DNA of 58,900 bases from Nemertoderma westbladi (GCA_032718475.1 JAUCBJ010002206.1:1-58900); one strand, 5' to 3'. Shown: positions 1 to 12,719, counted from the first letter of the stretch. The notes: generated by a model not told the origin, from the sequence alone. Numbers and translations: made by a program.

Positions 1-2828
1 ACTTCTCATGTTCTGGAAGACTGGCTAAGAAGTTTCCTAAGGTGGTTCTGATTGTGTGCTACTCTCCAACTAGTGTTGCCCCTGTAGAGGAGGTGGAAAA
101 TTTCTACCACAATCTACAAGCAGCTACTGATGGAGTGGATCAGCATGCATTCTTAACATTCCTGGGAGACTTTAATGCAAGTCTGAATCAATCACCTACA
201 TCGCCCTGGGTCTATAGCAATAGTGTTAACCGAAATTCTGTCCATCTTCAGGATTTTATCTCTGGAAATGGATTGTTTTCGGCTGGAACCCAGTTCAAGA
301 AGCGAACTGGAAAGCTATGGACTCATAGTGGACTCAGTGGTCACAAGTCCCAGATAGACCAGTTATATTCTGTTTCGTAGGAAATACAGGAGCTCTATAC
401 AAGACTGTAATGCATTTACACTTCGACCCTTCTCCAGTGATCACCGCCTTATTGTGGCCAAGGTAAGACTTAGTCTGCGTGCTAGCAGAACAACCAAATC
501 TGCCTTGCCGCGGCATGACTGCTCCTCTCTGTTGCAACAGCCAAGTGTGAGATCCAGCTTCACACTACAGCTGAGCAACAGGTATGAGGCTCTTGCCTCT
601 GAGGCGGCAGATCACTGTGAGGGCTATACTGCCTTTACAGAAGCAGTTAAGTTAGCAGCTGCAGAAACAGTTCCTGTATACCCTCGAAACAGGAAAAGGG
701 CCCCCTGGACTGACAACAAAATTCAGAAGTGCCGAAATGACCTTCATAAGGCGCAGAAAGAGTCCCGGCTCAAACAGACTACAGCAGCCAAGAATGCAGT
801 TAAGGCTGCATCTAGGTCCCTGAACAGGCAGTACTCTGCTAATCTACTACTACTACTACTACTAAGATCGGCATGCTGCATTGCAGCTGCATTTTTAGGA
901 ATGCTGTGCCGGCTTGTCAACAAAATTGCACCGCCACAACTCCCTATCACCCATGACATTTGCTAGGACATCTACAGGAGCTAATAAACCAACAGGTTGA
1001 TGCCATCAATGATGCTGACGACAGCAGGCAATCATCCCAGGCATGGAAATCGATCAATCTGCTTACTGGGTGGAAAAGCCAACCAACCACCAAGGTTAAG
1101 GCTGAATCACCAGCCGATCGCCTCAATGGTTGGAAAGCCCACTTTGAAAAGCTCCTCAATAATGACAGGGTATTGCCTGATAACTTTATAGAAGTAAAAG
1201 TGTCTGAGTCTGTACTCCCAGATATTCCCATTGGCGATATCTCCTTTGCAGAAGTGAAGGCTGCTGCAAAGAGCATTAAGACCAATCGTGCCAGTGGAGT
1301 AGATGGTGTTCCCCCTGAGGTCTTTAAAATACCTGAGTGTTTAAAGCTCATCTATCCCATCATAGTAGACATGTACCGAACAACAAGAGTCCCACAAGAA
1401 ATGAAAACAAATAAGTTGGTGCCAGTTTCCAAGAAGGGCAACCTAACACTCTATGGTTCTTTTCGGGGAATCTCATTGATCTCGATTGCTGCAAAGCTAT
1501 ACAATAGGATTCTATTAAATCGCATCAGGGATCCCATTGAGAGACTGCTCCGTGGAAATCAGAATGGGTTCCGTAAAGGTCGTGGGATCATGGAGCCCAT
1601 TTTGGCACTTAGAAGGATAATTGAAGAGTTATCAAAAAAGAAAGACAGGCATCTGTCTGTTATCTTTGTTGACTTCTTCAAGGCCTTTGATTCAGTCTCT
1701 CGCTCACGTATGTTCAGCATACTTTCATTATATGGGATTCCTGATGAAATTATTGCAGCAATCAGATCAGTATATGATGGTTCGACAACATTTGTGTCTA
1801 CTGTTGACGGTGACACAGAACCATTTGAAGTGTTATGGGGCGTCCTCCAAGGAGACACACTTGCACCATTCTTGTTCATTATTGTGGTTGACTATGTCCT
1901 ACGCATGTCCTTAGATCATTATAATGATGATGGGGTGATGATAACTCTACCTACTGGCTCCAGAAGTCGAGGAAATCCTGCCAAGTACCTAACCGATCTA
2001 GACTTTGCTGATGACTTAGGAGTACTCTCAGAATCATTAGAGGGAGCCCAACGGCTCCTCAGCTCATTAGAACATGCTGCTTCTAGTGTTGGTCTTTTTA
2101 TTAACTCCAGAAAGACCAAAATTCTGACAGTTAACTTTGAAAGTCCTCAGCAAGTCTCTGATCAGATGAGCATAAGCTCAAAGGATGGTATGCTTGAGCA
2201 TGTGGACGACTTCTGTTACCTGGGATCATGGATCCGGAAGTCAGGTGAGGACCTTCGAATACGTAAGGGAAAGGCATGGGCAGCCTTGAATAGGCTTTCC
2301 AGGATTTGGAAGTCACCGAGAATTAATCGGAAACTTAAGGTCCGATTATTTAGAGCAGCAGTAGTTCCAGTACTCCTCTACGGGAGTCCATGCTGGGCTC
2401 TAACTGCTGAGGACACCAAATCTCTGGATGGCACATTCACAAGAATGCTACGCCGGGTTCATTGTGTCAAGTACAATGCACACATCTCCAACCAGACACT
2501 ATATAACATTGGAGGTGTCTCATTGGTTCCCCCAAGCTTGACACTAGAACAAAATCGCCTCCGCTTTGCAGGACATTGCTATCGCCGTGAGGACCAGCCA
2601 GTGCATAATCTTGTACTTTGGCAACCTCATGGAGTGAATAAGCATGGTGGACAGCCCATGACTTTCTTGAGACGCATCTTAAAGTACACTGGCCTTAAAG
2701 ATGCTGATGATCTAGCAAATGTCATGGGTGATAGGGAGTTGTGGCAGTGCAATTTTGTTGACAAGCCGGCACAGCATTCTTAAAAATGCAGCTGCAATGC
2801 AGCATGCCGATCCTAGTAGTAGTAGTAG
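1..2828 (+). mobile_element. RTE-type non-LTR retrotransposon (APE endonuclease + reverse transcriptase), disrupted, running off the window's left edge
   Basis: APE motifs (VCYSPT, LGDFNA, SQIDQ) lie in ORF 42-380. RT motifs (QNGFRKGR, FVDFFKAFDSV, GVLQGDTLAPFLF, LDFADD, RLRFAGHCYR) lie in ORF 960-2783. A short 3' UTR ends in a (TAG)5 tail at 2814-2828. There is a frameshift near 360-420 and an insertion at 847-965. Confidence 0.93.
844..966 (-). mobile_element. 5'-truncated (~120 bp) antisense copy of the same RTE element's 3' end, inserted in its own ORF
   Basis: Near-exact reverse complement of 2712-2828, including the (TAG)n tail. Removing 847-965 joins the two ORFs in frame (YSANL-GHLQEL). 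Confidence 0.92.
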
Positions 2829-3197
2829 GCTCGCATAATCCCATATCAGAGTTTTTAGTTTAGAAGCAACAAATTCCACGGTCTTGTTAGGATCGCAGAG
2901 CTCATTCCCTCCAAACATCAAAACAATGATACAGGGATTACACTCCCATGAGTGCATGATGTTCTGGGTGTTATGTGTTTCAAATACACGACCCGATCCG
3001 CACTGAAAACGAACATTGGCAACTGTTGGGGAGAGCCCAAAGTTGTTGTCAGCGTTTGGCTCACGCTGGATGAAATCAAAGAGATGATCCGGGTGGGATG
3101 AACCGACAATGGCAACCTCGTGGAGGTGCCCCACAGGACAAACCTTGGTAAAATCAGGGTTTGATAGATTAAAACGCGATTTGTGGGTAGCTGCCAT
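2829..3197 (-). pseudogene. SGNH/GDSL hydrolase-like gene, C-terminus cut off by the RTE LINE
   Basis: Block I-like VAIVGSSH, block II-like FQCGSG and block III-like CIIVLMFGGNEL. ATG at 3197. The last part of the listed ORF (2712-2828) is antisense LINE sequence. Confidence 0.75.
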
Positions 3198-4559
3198 ATT
3201 GAAAATACATGAAGTGGCTGGCACAAATGGATAGGAGAAACATTTTCATCGCTCTTCTTATACTACTTAAATTTAATTAACAGAACAGCTGTTGGCTGTA
3301 ACCAATCACAAACAACTAAATTAAAGCAGGTGATTGCGTGATTGGGCCTAACCATCAATTATGGTAGGCCCCTACTGTATGATGTACAGCCCACGCAATC
3401 CAATGTAACACCAATAAAGGTTAATATCACTTTACTTATTGGTTGACTAATACAATACCTGGTTATGTTAACTAATACTTTATAAAGGTTGTAATGGAGA
3501 TATGAGCTGGGGGCACAAATAGGAGCCCTATTGAGACGGGATGGGGGTGGGGGGTAGTATATTTGAGTAAATATTGTGATGGCGGAAATAGTCCCACCAT
3601 TGCGTCAATAAAAGTTATATCCCTAGATCAGTTCCTATATGTTCTGAATGTTTGGGAATGTCAGAACAGAAATATTATATACTGTATATATAAAACATGA
3701 CCTCGATCAGTACAGCAGTATATTAAGCTTAGGCAAGGTAATACATAATATTGAATGGTAAACACTGAAACTCTCAGTACCGTAGTAGAAGTGAAGTACT
3801 TGTTATAATAATATGAGCCTTATATAGGGTGGTAATATATACTGCATTTGTTACATCCTCCACCACCGAAAAAAAAATTTCCGAAAACAAAATATTTATG
3901 ACAAAAAAATATATATACCGTATATCACACAATGACAACTTTATGCGTATGTATGCTTAAATTTAATAACTTTCATACACTACAAATCTGTACAAATCAA
4001 CAATTTGTATTATTAACGAAAAAAAAAATTATTATTATTATTATTTTTTTTTTTTATTTTAATCGATTATTTTTTGTAATCGATTTATTTGCACTTATTG
4101 CATAATCCATTAAAGTTCGTAGCAGTATGTAGATAACATAATTATAAAATAAGCCATAGTTATTATATAATAAGTACTTTAATATTGTTTATCAATTGAA
4201 TTATAATGCCAGTAGTTTCTTGCACAATAATATTAATTTGTCTTTCGTTTTAGCTTATTTAATTAATTGAAGAGTATATTGTTCTTAAGAACTATCATCC
4301 ATATCAAATAATTCCTCAATTAGTTCTTCAATTTTCGTACGTATGTCCGAATTAGTCCAGTTTATAAACCGGGATTGTATAAATTGTTCATCGCGGGTAA
4401 TAGGGACAGAGTTGAATTTTGGAACACGGGCATAACATTCTCCTTTAGTTAGAAACGTTTTTAATGTTTCCTTAAGGCGCCGCCGGCCAATTTCCCCAAT
4501 GTTGGTAAATTGCGAGAAGAGAATTCACAACCCCCTATCCCTCTCGGTACATCCATTGT

Positions 4560-5115
4560 CAGTTCGGGCATGCAGGGAGGACTCGGGCATTGCAGTTAAC
4601 GGCAGTATAAAATTTGCGTCATTAACATTAAAGTGTTCACAAAAATATAAATTAAATGCTTCAGCCTTTTCTGCTGATGTCACTGCAACTTTATTATTGT
4701 AAATAATGGGTGGAATTTCGAACTTGAATTTGAAATTTTTGAAATTTGTTTACCCATCAAGCGCTTGCAATGAGCCCACCATTGTTTGCTTGTTAAAGAT
4801 GTGGAGTAAAGTTTTTCAGATAGTTTAGAAAAATAATTAAGTTTGGCCAACCGACATTCTGAAATATATTTATTTCGGGCGTGTCGAAAATTTATCCAGA
4901 CCTGCTGTGTTTGGATAACTACACAGTGCTTCTCTGTTTTGTGCAACCTATTCTTTTGACGTGCTAGGCGATGCAAATATGTATTGTACCAGGGTTTATC
5001 ATTTGGACAAATTGTAACTAGTTTGTTTGGTATGGCGGTGCTAGCACAGGCAATGAATTATGGAGTCCAGCCTGATACAACATTGTCCACAGAGTCATCT
5101 GTGCTATACAATCTA
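4560..5115 (-). mobile_element. Degenerate CR1/L2-group LINE ORF2 fragment (EN-RT linker)
   Basis: KPWYN...RQKNRLHK...ARNKY...AKLNYF...KQWW...EKAEAFNLYF is a typical linker pattern between APE and RT. Confidence 0.7.
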
Positions 5116-5124
5116 TCCCAGGAT

Positions 5125-5400
5125 ACCCATGGATAGATTTACCAATATACGTAGCATTACAGCTACTACAGGAAAAAAGATAAACAATCTTGGAGCGCAT
5201 ATGCTTGGGAACTAGATCTTTAGTTCTGAAAAATGAAGACAACCTATTAACAGATCTAAAAATAATACGTAGGTTGGTGGCACGTAGGGCATCCCTGAAT
5301 AGGTGACGTAGCCTGTTCTTATGTACCAGACAATGTGGACCTGTAAAGGGGTGTACATTGTACAATAAACAGTGGGCGTTGTTCGACAGTGGTAACAGGG
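5125..5400 (-). mobile_element. Penelope-like element fragment (end of linker + GIY-YIG start)
   Basis: RLSSFFRTKDLVPKHMRSKIVYLFSCSSCNATYIGKS matches the PLE VY..C..C...YIG motif. Confidence 0.8.
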
Positions 5401-5463
5401 TCGCATGGGGGGGGGGGGGGGGGGGGGGTATTCACTTTACATAGAAAAACACGTGTAATAGAT

Positions 5464-6310
5464 TCAAGGAGTTGGGTTGGGGAGGGGTCTATATGCTTCC
5501 CTGACATATAACTTTGCAGCTGACATTTTTTTTGTCAGTGATGGCGATTTAAGTGGGGAACGTGGTGATTTCTGGATTGATACAGAATTCATACTAGATG
5601 TGGCACTACCGGATATGGCAGCAGAGGTAGATGCAGCTGTAGTGTTAGCAAGGGATGTAGCACTCCCCAGCCCAGCTCTGGTATTATGATCAAGGACCTT
5701 GTGAAGGGCAGAGTGGCCCTCGAACATATCCTGAGCATCCTGCATTTGTTGCTCCCCTGTCTGGGCCATTGACTTAAGTAAGTCGTGGGCATTAAATTTA
5801 TTCACAGTGGAAAATATGTAGTTCCTATGGCGGGTTATTGCACTATAGTAGAGGTAACTCGCTAGGCTATTCCTTGTGGAATCACAAGGAATTACTGAGG
5901 CTGCCGTTTCCATTACCTTTCTCACATTGGTTACCGATGGACAATATGATAATTGAAAATAATTATGGAACCTTGCTATTTCCTGTGTTACTGAAGACCC
6001 ATATATATTGCCACAGGAATTCACGAATACATATTCACAATTTGGTGACCCCGGTAATTGCTTGAGCCACTCGTTTCTGATAGTTTTAATATATGATTCA
6101 ATCATACTATACGTATCTGCATCAAGTACAACACCTGCATGGATTATGTCTTTGTTTTGTGATTTGCCGCAAGTATTAGATGCTGGTTTGATGGGGAAAC
6201 AAAGGCTTTATTTATTTGTTGATCGTTGAAACTCAGAGAGTTTCATGCAGCCAGCAACACTTGGCCTCTGCTGCTCACCAATACATATAAGACACGGTAT
6301 TGGAGCGGTA
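5464..6310 (-). pseudogene. Tyrosine recombinase pseudogene (HKT type), related to the YR at 51910-54029
   Basis: In order: QQRPSVAGCMKLSEF (catalytic R), ANHKTK in a shifted frame near 6150-6170 (K), YVFVNSCG, VTNVRKVMET (second R) and LASYLYYSAITRHRNY (H position degenerate, catalytic Y). Stops and frameshifts are present. Confidence 0.78.
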
Positions 6311-7344
6311 TCTCATGATGGCCTTCAGGGTGTGATTAAAACTATCGGACTGCAGTAAAGATGTCCGATTGGATCCTGTCTCCATAAGCCGAAACTCGAA
6401 GTATCAAATGAATGCCACCGAGATTTGTCGAATTTGAATGGAATCACTCGAAACCCATTTCAACGTTGTTTTGGGCCTTTTGTATTTGATAGGCCATTCT
6501 TGAGACCTTATACAACTGATCTACTATACATTTTTTTGATGTCTTCTGCTGCTGCTCTAAAGATGATTTCCATCGTAAGAGTTCAGTGGAACTATCCACA
6601 ATGAACCTTTGATAGTACCCCTCCCTCTGTAGATTTCCTTTTGTTGTACCTTCTTTCTAGCATTAAGATGGTTCTACCTACAATGTTATCCACAATTATT
6701 GCATCTTCTTCTGGCTCACTATCCGATTCCAATATGGCACACTTTCGTGGCCATTTTGGATTCGGAGAATTTGCAAAAAGAGTCCTTTTTGCTGAATTTA
6801 GAGCAGCAGCATAATCACATCGATCTCCTACGACTATCGAGCATGGGCTAATAAAATAAGCCCACGGTCGACTGAATCCATGACACCTGTTATATTCATC
6901 AGCCTAACATCAGCCTGCACCTCCACTGATCCTCCATCTGTGGTAAATGTGCATTCACCACTGATTGGTCCTGATGTGCCACCCTCTTGTTCCTATGCCC
7001 CTCCAAGTTCACCAAATAAACTATTAATAAAAATAAATATATAATAGCGTAAAAAGAATAAAGTTCGGAGACGTATATAATAATATAGTAAATATGATAT
7101 TATAAGTAATTACAAATATATATCGACGGTAATAGCCGTCATTATCAATGCATATAATCCTATACAGAAGTTGGGAGTAAGTGACCTAATTATTAATAAT
7201 GGAAATTGCATATTAAATAGTGAAATGGCACAAAATCGCACAGACCACACGACAAAACTGCTACATACTACTGTACTACAATAACAGTACTAAGTCCTAC
7301 ATACATACGAAAATACCCCCCCCCCCTTTTTTTTTCCCCGTTTC

Positions 7345-7730
7345 CTATTGCAACGTACTTTTTGATTTCACTAGTGCGGCCACGCTTAAGTGGTCTACTT
7401 CTACTGACAAACGTTTATTAATGGCTCTTGGACCTAAAGCCCTAATGTGTAAGCTTTCTAGGATACAACGTCTGTCTTTTTTGTCCCCCCGTCCTATTAC
7501 TTTGGCTGGTTCGAAGCTGTTTTGACGTGGTGTTCTGCCAAGTCAGAGACTTTTGCACGCTGGTGTCTGATATCCCCGTCGTGCTGTATAAGCCTGTCAT
7601 CTAAGCTATACTGGGTTTTTCCAATGTACACACGGTCACATTCACAAGGGATGCTGTAGACTGTTCCGTGGGGGGGTGTCTTTGGCTTGTGTCCCTTAAG
7701 TAAATAAGACCGCAGTTTCCGTCCTGTCAT
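7345..7730 (-). mobile_element. Penelope-like element 3' fragment (GIY-YIG endonuclease)
   Basis: GTVYSIPCECDRVYIGKTQYSLDDRLIQH...SDLAEH, continuing after a frameshift as RCILESLHI...IN. Confidence 0.85.
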
Positions 7731-8146
7731 TATTATTATTATTATTATTATTATTCCAGACAAATTTAATTGTGGATGAAATTATAATTGTAATAAAAAG
7801 TACTAGCTAACACAAAATCAAAATTACTAGCGCTGTAATACTTATTAGTATTTTTAACAATTTAGCGCGAAATTTACTTTATTTATCTTTTAGATTCAAT
7901 AATAATTACATGGGGAAAAAGTAGAGCCAAAGAAGAAGAAAAAAGTAAATAAGTAAGAGAAGAAAGTAAAGTATTCCCTTTCTCACGATTTTTGGGTATA
8001 TTCGAGCGTAAAAGTAATTATTTAAGAATAAAATTATTTATATATTAGATTAAAATTAGTGGGAATTTGTGCGGTTCCAGTATAATTTTTCATTTTATTT
8101 CATTACATACATTCTTATACATACAATATAATAAAAATACTTTTAG

Positions 8147-9078
8147 GCCAAGCAAGAATTTAAACTGCTTACAAACAATAACGTGGACTGGGCATTGGTT
8201 GATTTCCACTTAGTCAATATACTGAAGATATTCAAAGAAACTTCACCAAAGAACAGGGGGGAATCTGTGGCTAATATCGTTTCCCAGTGCGAGAAATGGG
8301 AGGATAAATGTTCGCAAAGAGTTAAGGTATTGATGGGTCTGTCGATGTTCTTTAGTGAACCAGCCTGTATCATTGTTAAGAATGTGGTAAGTTAGCCTTT
8401 GTTTTTACGACTGGATTTCAGTATATATTTATATTACTTGTATTATATTTATTTAAAATACCGCTATTATATATTTCATTTCTATAATACACCGTTATGA
8501 TTTACATCACAAATTATTAATTATTATTACTATTATTATTTTAATGACGGTTCATGGCCTGTCCAGCCTTTAATGAAATATTAAATTCATTACTTTATTA
8601 CTTTAAATTAAATTAGTACCACTTTATTATTTTTTGTTACAATATGAAAATGTTTGTGATCAATATTTCGTAACTTTGGTTAACCATGATGATGACAATA
8701 CATTTAATATACTGTAAACTCATTATATATTTTAGGAGGATGTGAGTAATCCCCATGGGATTGAGGAGGGACAGGGTGAGCTTGCCCATGGAGATGATTC
8801 CGGTGATGAGTTGGAGAATATTTCTGCGGTTGAATTGAGTACCAGAACAGGGGATTTGCCGTGCTTCATTACAGTAATGGTTCAACCGGATGAGGGAAAG
8901 GTGGAGGCTGCGATTGTTACTATGGAGGGGAGTATTGTCGGCAAGGTGATTCCCACTTTTTGACGACGCGTTCCTTTATCTACTGGCACTAATATTCGCC
9001 ATGAACTTCGAGTTCCCGGATGACATCTCCAATTTCATTGCTGGACTGAACAGCATTCTCAAATTAGATTGTTCCTAA
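8147..9078 (+). CDS. Last two exons (8147-8386, 8736-9078) of a SAMD3-like-family orphan gene, with a 1-nt frameshift
   Basis: Canonical ttttag/gtaagt sites and a phase-0 join keep the frame open. Removing one T from the T-run near 8960 gives VTMEGSIV...TFDDAFLYLLALIFAMNFEFP, which resembles the C-terminus of 'SAMD3-like' proteins. Confidence 0.6.
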
Positions 9079-9143
9079 TTTTAATTTTTAATTGTTTCAA
9101 ATTACGTGAGCTATTTCAAATGTTAGAAAGAAGTGACTGCTCC

Positions 9144-9174
<31 letters not shown>

Positions 9175-10290
9175 AGTGGTGTAACGTTATGGGTAGGTTT
9201 AAGTAATTATTAAATGGTTTTAATTATTATAATCTTAAATATTGAATATTATTAGTTTGAGAACTAGATACTGTTCATTTAATACATCGCGGTTTTTTCA
9301 GATTTTCACTTTCGTTTTTTTTCAAATGAGAACCCAATACCCCCCCACCCTCCTTTATGTTCGTTTGTTTTTATATTCTTGATATTTTCGTGTTAGGTTT
9401 CGTATTAATTGCACTACTCGTGTTTGCAGTTTTTTGATATAATTTTGTGAAACCGGTAAAATAAAATAAAAAATAGGTGAGGTGTTTTAAAAATGATACA
9501 ATGACACAACAAATCCTACCGCTCTGTATCACGAATAGTTGCGGCTCTGTCCACATTTGCTGAGACGTGGGGGGGGGGGGGGGGGGGCAATTTCCATCAA
9601 TAGAGTCAATAGAACAGACGGGGCTGTTGTGTCGATTTTCCCCTGGAGAAGGATTAATTTTGATTGGGTCAAGACCACCCCCCCCCCCCCCCTGCCACCT
9701 TATCTGCAGTTGGAAGTAACTACATACATAGTCTATACCCTACCCAGCTACACAGGCTAAAAGGAATCTGTTTAGGTTAAGGCCAAGGATTGGAGGTGGT
9801 GTGTGTCCCAACAAGCATGTTTTATAATATGTTAAGGATAGTGGGTCTTCCCCCAGCAATAAAAACGTTTTGTATTATTATTCGCCATCCTAAACCTAAA
9901 CCTAAACCCTTCTTCAGGCGATTATTAAAATAAAATAAAACATAAATTTGAATTTATACAGACACAACTGCAAAATACAGAACAGTGACCGGTACCGGTA
10001 CAGCCTAAACAATATCCAACTACAGTACATATCAGTTCCTTTCTCTACTCTAACTACTATCCGTGAATAAATTTCAATTAAAAAATAAATTTTCCAAATT
10101 CATTTCAGGTGCATATAGGTAGTTTTATTAGGTATGTAATTTAATGTATTAGCTAATTAATTTTATAAGAGCTGATATAAGAATATATATATATATAATA
10201 TAATAATATAATTTTGAGTTGAACGAATTATGTTTTTGACAGACCAATATCAAGCAAGTAAAATCATTTGGAAACAGTATACTACAGAAT

Positions 10291-10329
10291 ACTAGAAAGA
10301 CGTGGCCCTTCGGGCCACGGCTTTCTAGT
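10291..10329. other. Near-perfect hairpin
   Basis: ACTAGAAAG-A-CGTGGCCC-TTC-GGGCCACG-G-CTTTCTAGT: 17 paired positions and one mismatch. Confidence 0.8.
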
Positions 10330-10939
10330 TCACAAGCCTATTCACCATTCCAAACATTAGATTAATTAATTAACTAACTTAACAAAACGTCACATGATTG
10401 AGTGTTCTCTCAAACAAAAGGACTGAAGCTGTTTTACTTTTCAAATATCTACATACTACGTACAACATAAGGCTTTGGTTGTATAAAGTAGATAAATACC
10501 TGCCAAGTATCATTTCCAAAGGATTACAAATAGTAAAAATATGCAAGAAGGTTAAACATTAGAACTGCAGGTGGTTATCATCCTCGTAAACACAACCTAT
10601 AGTTTATTTAGTTTAGTAGGTACTGTACAGTACTTTTAGATCGCTGCCAAGAATAAACTCTATAAAGAATTTAAATGGGAGAAGGATTTCACTTTCAGAC
10701 AATTCGTCCCCTAGTGGCGAACTGGAGAACTGCAGATTGGTCAACGTCCTTCCCAAAGACGCAGCTTATGATGTAGTACAGCACAAACACGCAGCCTATG
10801 GTGTTGTAGACCTCTGCCAAGTATCAGCCTAAAAGTATTATAAACAACGAAATGGTATAAGGTTTTCACTTTCAGATATTTCGCCCCCTAGCGGCCGAAT
10901 GGAGAACTGCAGGTAGTTGGGCGTCCTCCACAGTTTTTC

Positions 10940-11843
10940 TCAATCCTGGCTGGTGTACTGCAAGGTGACAAATTAGCACCATTACTATTTGTAATTGTAC
11001 TGGTTTACGCAATGAGGACAGCCACAAAGGGTGAAGATCTGGGATTCACACTTCAACAATGCAGAAGTAGTAGATATCTGGCAACTACAGTCACAGACAC
11101 CAACTTCGCGGATGACATCGCCCTGCTCTCTAATACGCTAGCAGATGCACAGCTTCTACTAAATAAAGTGGAGAGTACTGCTAAGGAGGTTGGATTGCAT
11201 ATAAATGCTACCAAGACCGAATTCATGACTTTTAATGTTGATGGAAACTTGACAAACATTCCATTGATAATAATCAACTAAGGAAGGTTGACGACTTCCA
11301 GTACCTAGGATCATGGATAGAGAGTAGCAAAAAGGACAGAAGTTAGGAAAGCAAAGGCTTGGGTAGCTCTATCAAAAATGGATACCATCTGGAAATCAGA
11401 TCTCTCCATGCACCTGAAGACTAAGTTCTTTCGAGCCACAGTGGAAAGTGTATTTTTATACGGGTTGAGTGAGACCTGGAATTGATGGTTGCTACACAAG
11501 ACTACTAAGGGCAGCCCTAAACATCAGCTTGAGACAATACATGACAAATGCCGAGCTTTATGGTACAATACCACCTGTATCAACCACCCTCCGTGAATGC
11601 AGAGATTACGATTCAGTGAGCACTGCTGGAGAAGTAAAGACGAGGTCATACCAGATCTACTTTTCTGGCAACCAACTCATGGAAAGCGTAGTTGTGAACA
11701 ACCAGCCATAACATATATAGATCAACTTGAAAGGGATAACTGAACTTGGGAGAAACGAAATTGCGACAACTATGGAGAATCAGGAAGCCTGGAAGGATCT
11801 CATTTCCATTGTCCGAGTTCGCTCGCCTTAGTAGTAGTAGTAG
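10940..11843 (+). mobile_element. 5'-truncated, frameshifted RTE-type LINE (second family)
   Basis: AGVLQGDKLAPLLF, NFADDIALL, GLHINATKTE, FQYLGSW and HCWRSK motifs, ending in a (TAG)5 tail at 11829-11843. Confidence 0.9.
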
Positions 11844-12023
11844 TACCTATCTGCATGTTGATAATTGAATAGAGTGCAATTTTCTCCCACAAAAGTTTGT
11901 CTGTTGGAGCGCATCTGAATCTATCTAAAATCCGTCTGAAAGTGTTTGAATTTTCTGTTGGATGTTGTTGGAAGCTATCTGAAGTTGTTTGAAGCTATAT
12001 ATATAATAACTAATATAATATTA

Positions 12024-12715
12024 ATGGCTGAAAGTAGTACAAATGTTTCCGGTGGGCGGTCGTATAAAAATCCACCTCTGTTAGGTGATGGTTCGGATTA
12101 TGTTACATGGCAATGGGAATTAAAGATTTGGCAACTTGTTACTGATATAGAAAAGAGACGACAAGCCACAGCTATGTTGCTGTGTTTACCAAGGAAAGCT
12201 AAGGATAAAGCTTTAGAGGTACCCATTGAACAACTAAATGCAGATGACGGAGTTAAAATGTTACTTAGAAAACTCGATGAAGTTTATCTGAAGGATAAAA
12301 TCGACTGCGCTTACGGAGCCTATTCATTGTTTAAATATTTAAATATTTAAAGAAGAAAGATGTAGAGACTATTTCCGACTTTATCAATGAGTTTGAGAAA
12401 CGGTATAACAAAGCCAAAGAATATGACATGAGTATCGGGGATGGAGTTTTAGCTTTTGAGCTTTTAGATAAGGCGAATTTGTCAGATTCAGAGAGAAAAA
12501 TGGCTCTAACGCAAAGTAGTAAAGGATTTAAAATACCAATAAATTAAGACAGCATTAAAACGTATCTTTGGGGAATCAAAGGTGATGTTTACAGGTGCTG
12601 ATAGTGGGCGTACAACTGCGGTGCATGTCAAGCAAGAGACTGAGGATACATTCCTTTGTGAGGATAATCATTATTTATATGAATGAGGAAGGTTATTTGG
12701 AGGACTGTGATGATG
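12024..12715 (+). mobile_element. Ty1/Copia (GalEa-like) gag remnant
   Basis: YKNPPLL..DYVTW..ELKIWQLVTD..RQA....L...AK..ALE...LNADDGV..LL.KLD.VYLKD...AY, then DFINEFEKRY...GVLAFELLDKANL after a frameshift. It is cut by the 57-bp satellite. Confidence 0.7.
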
Positions 12716-12719
12716 AACA

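Noticed and set aside
844-2828. Inverted repeats as TIRs of a DNA transposon or DIRS ITRs
   Set aside because: The repeat is the LINE 3' end with its tail, and it interrupts a continuous APE-RT frame.
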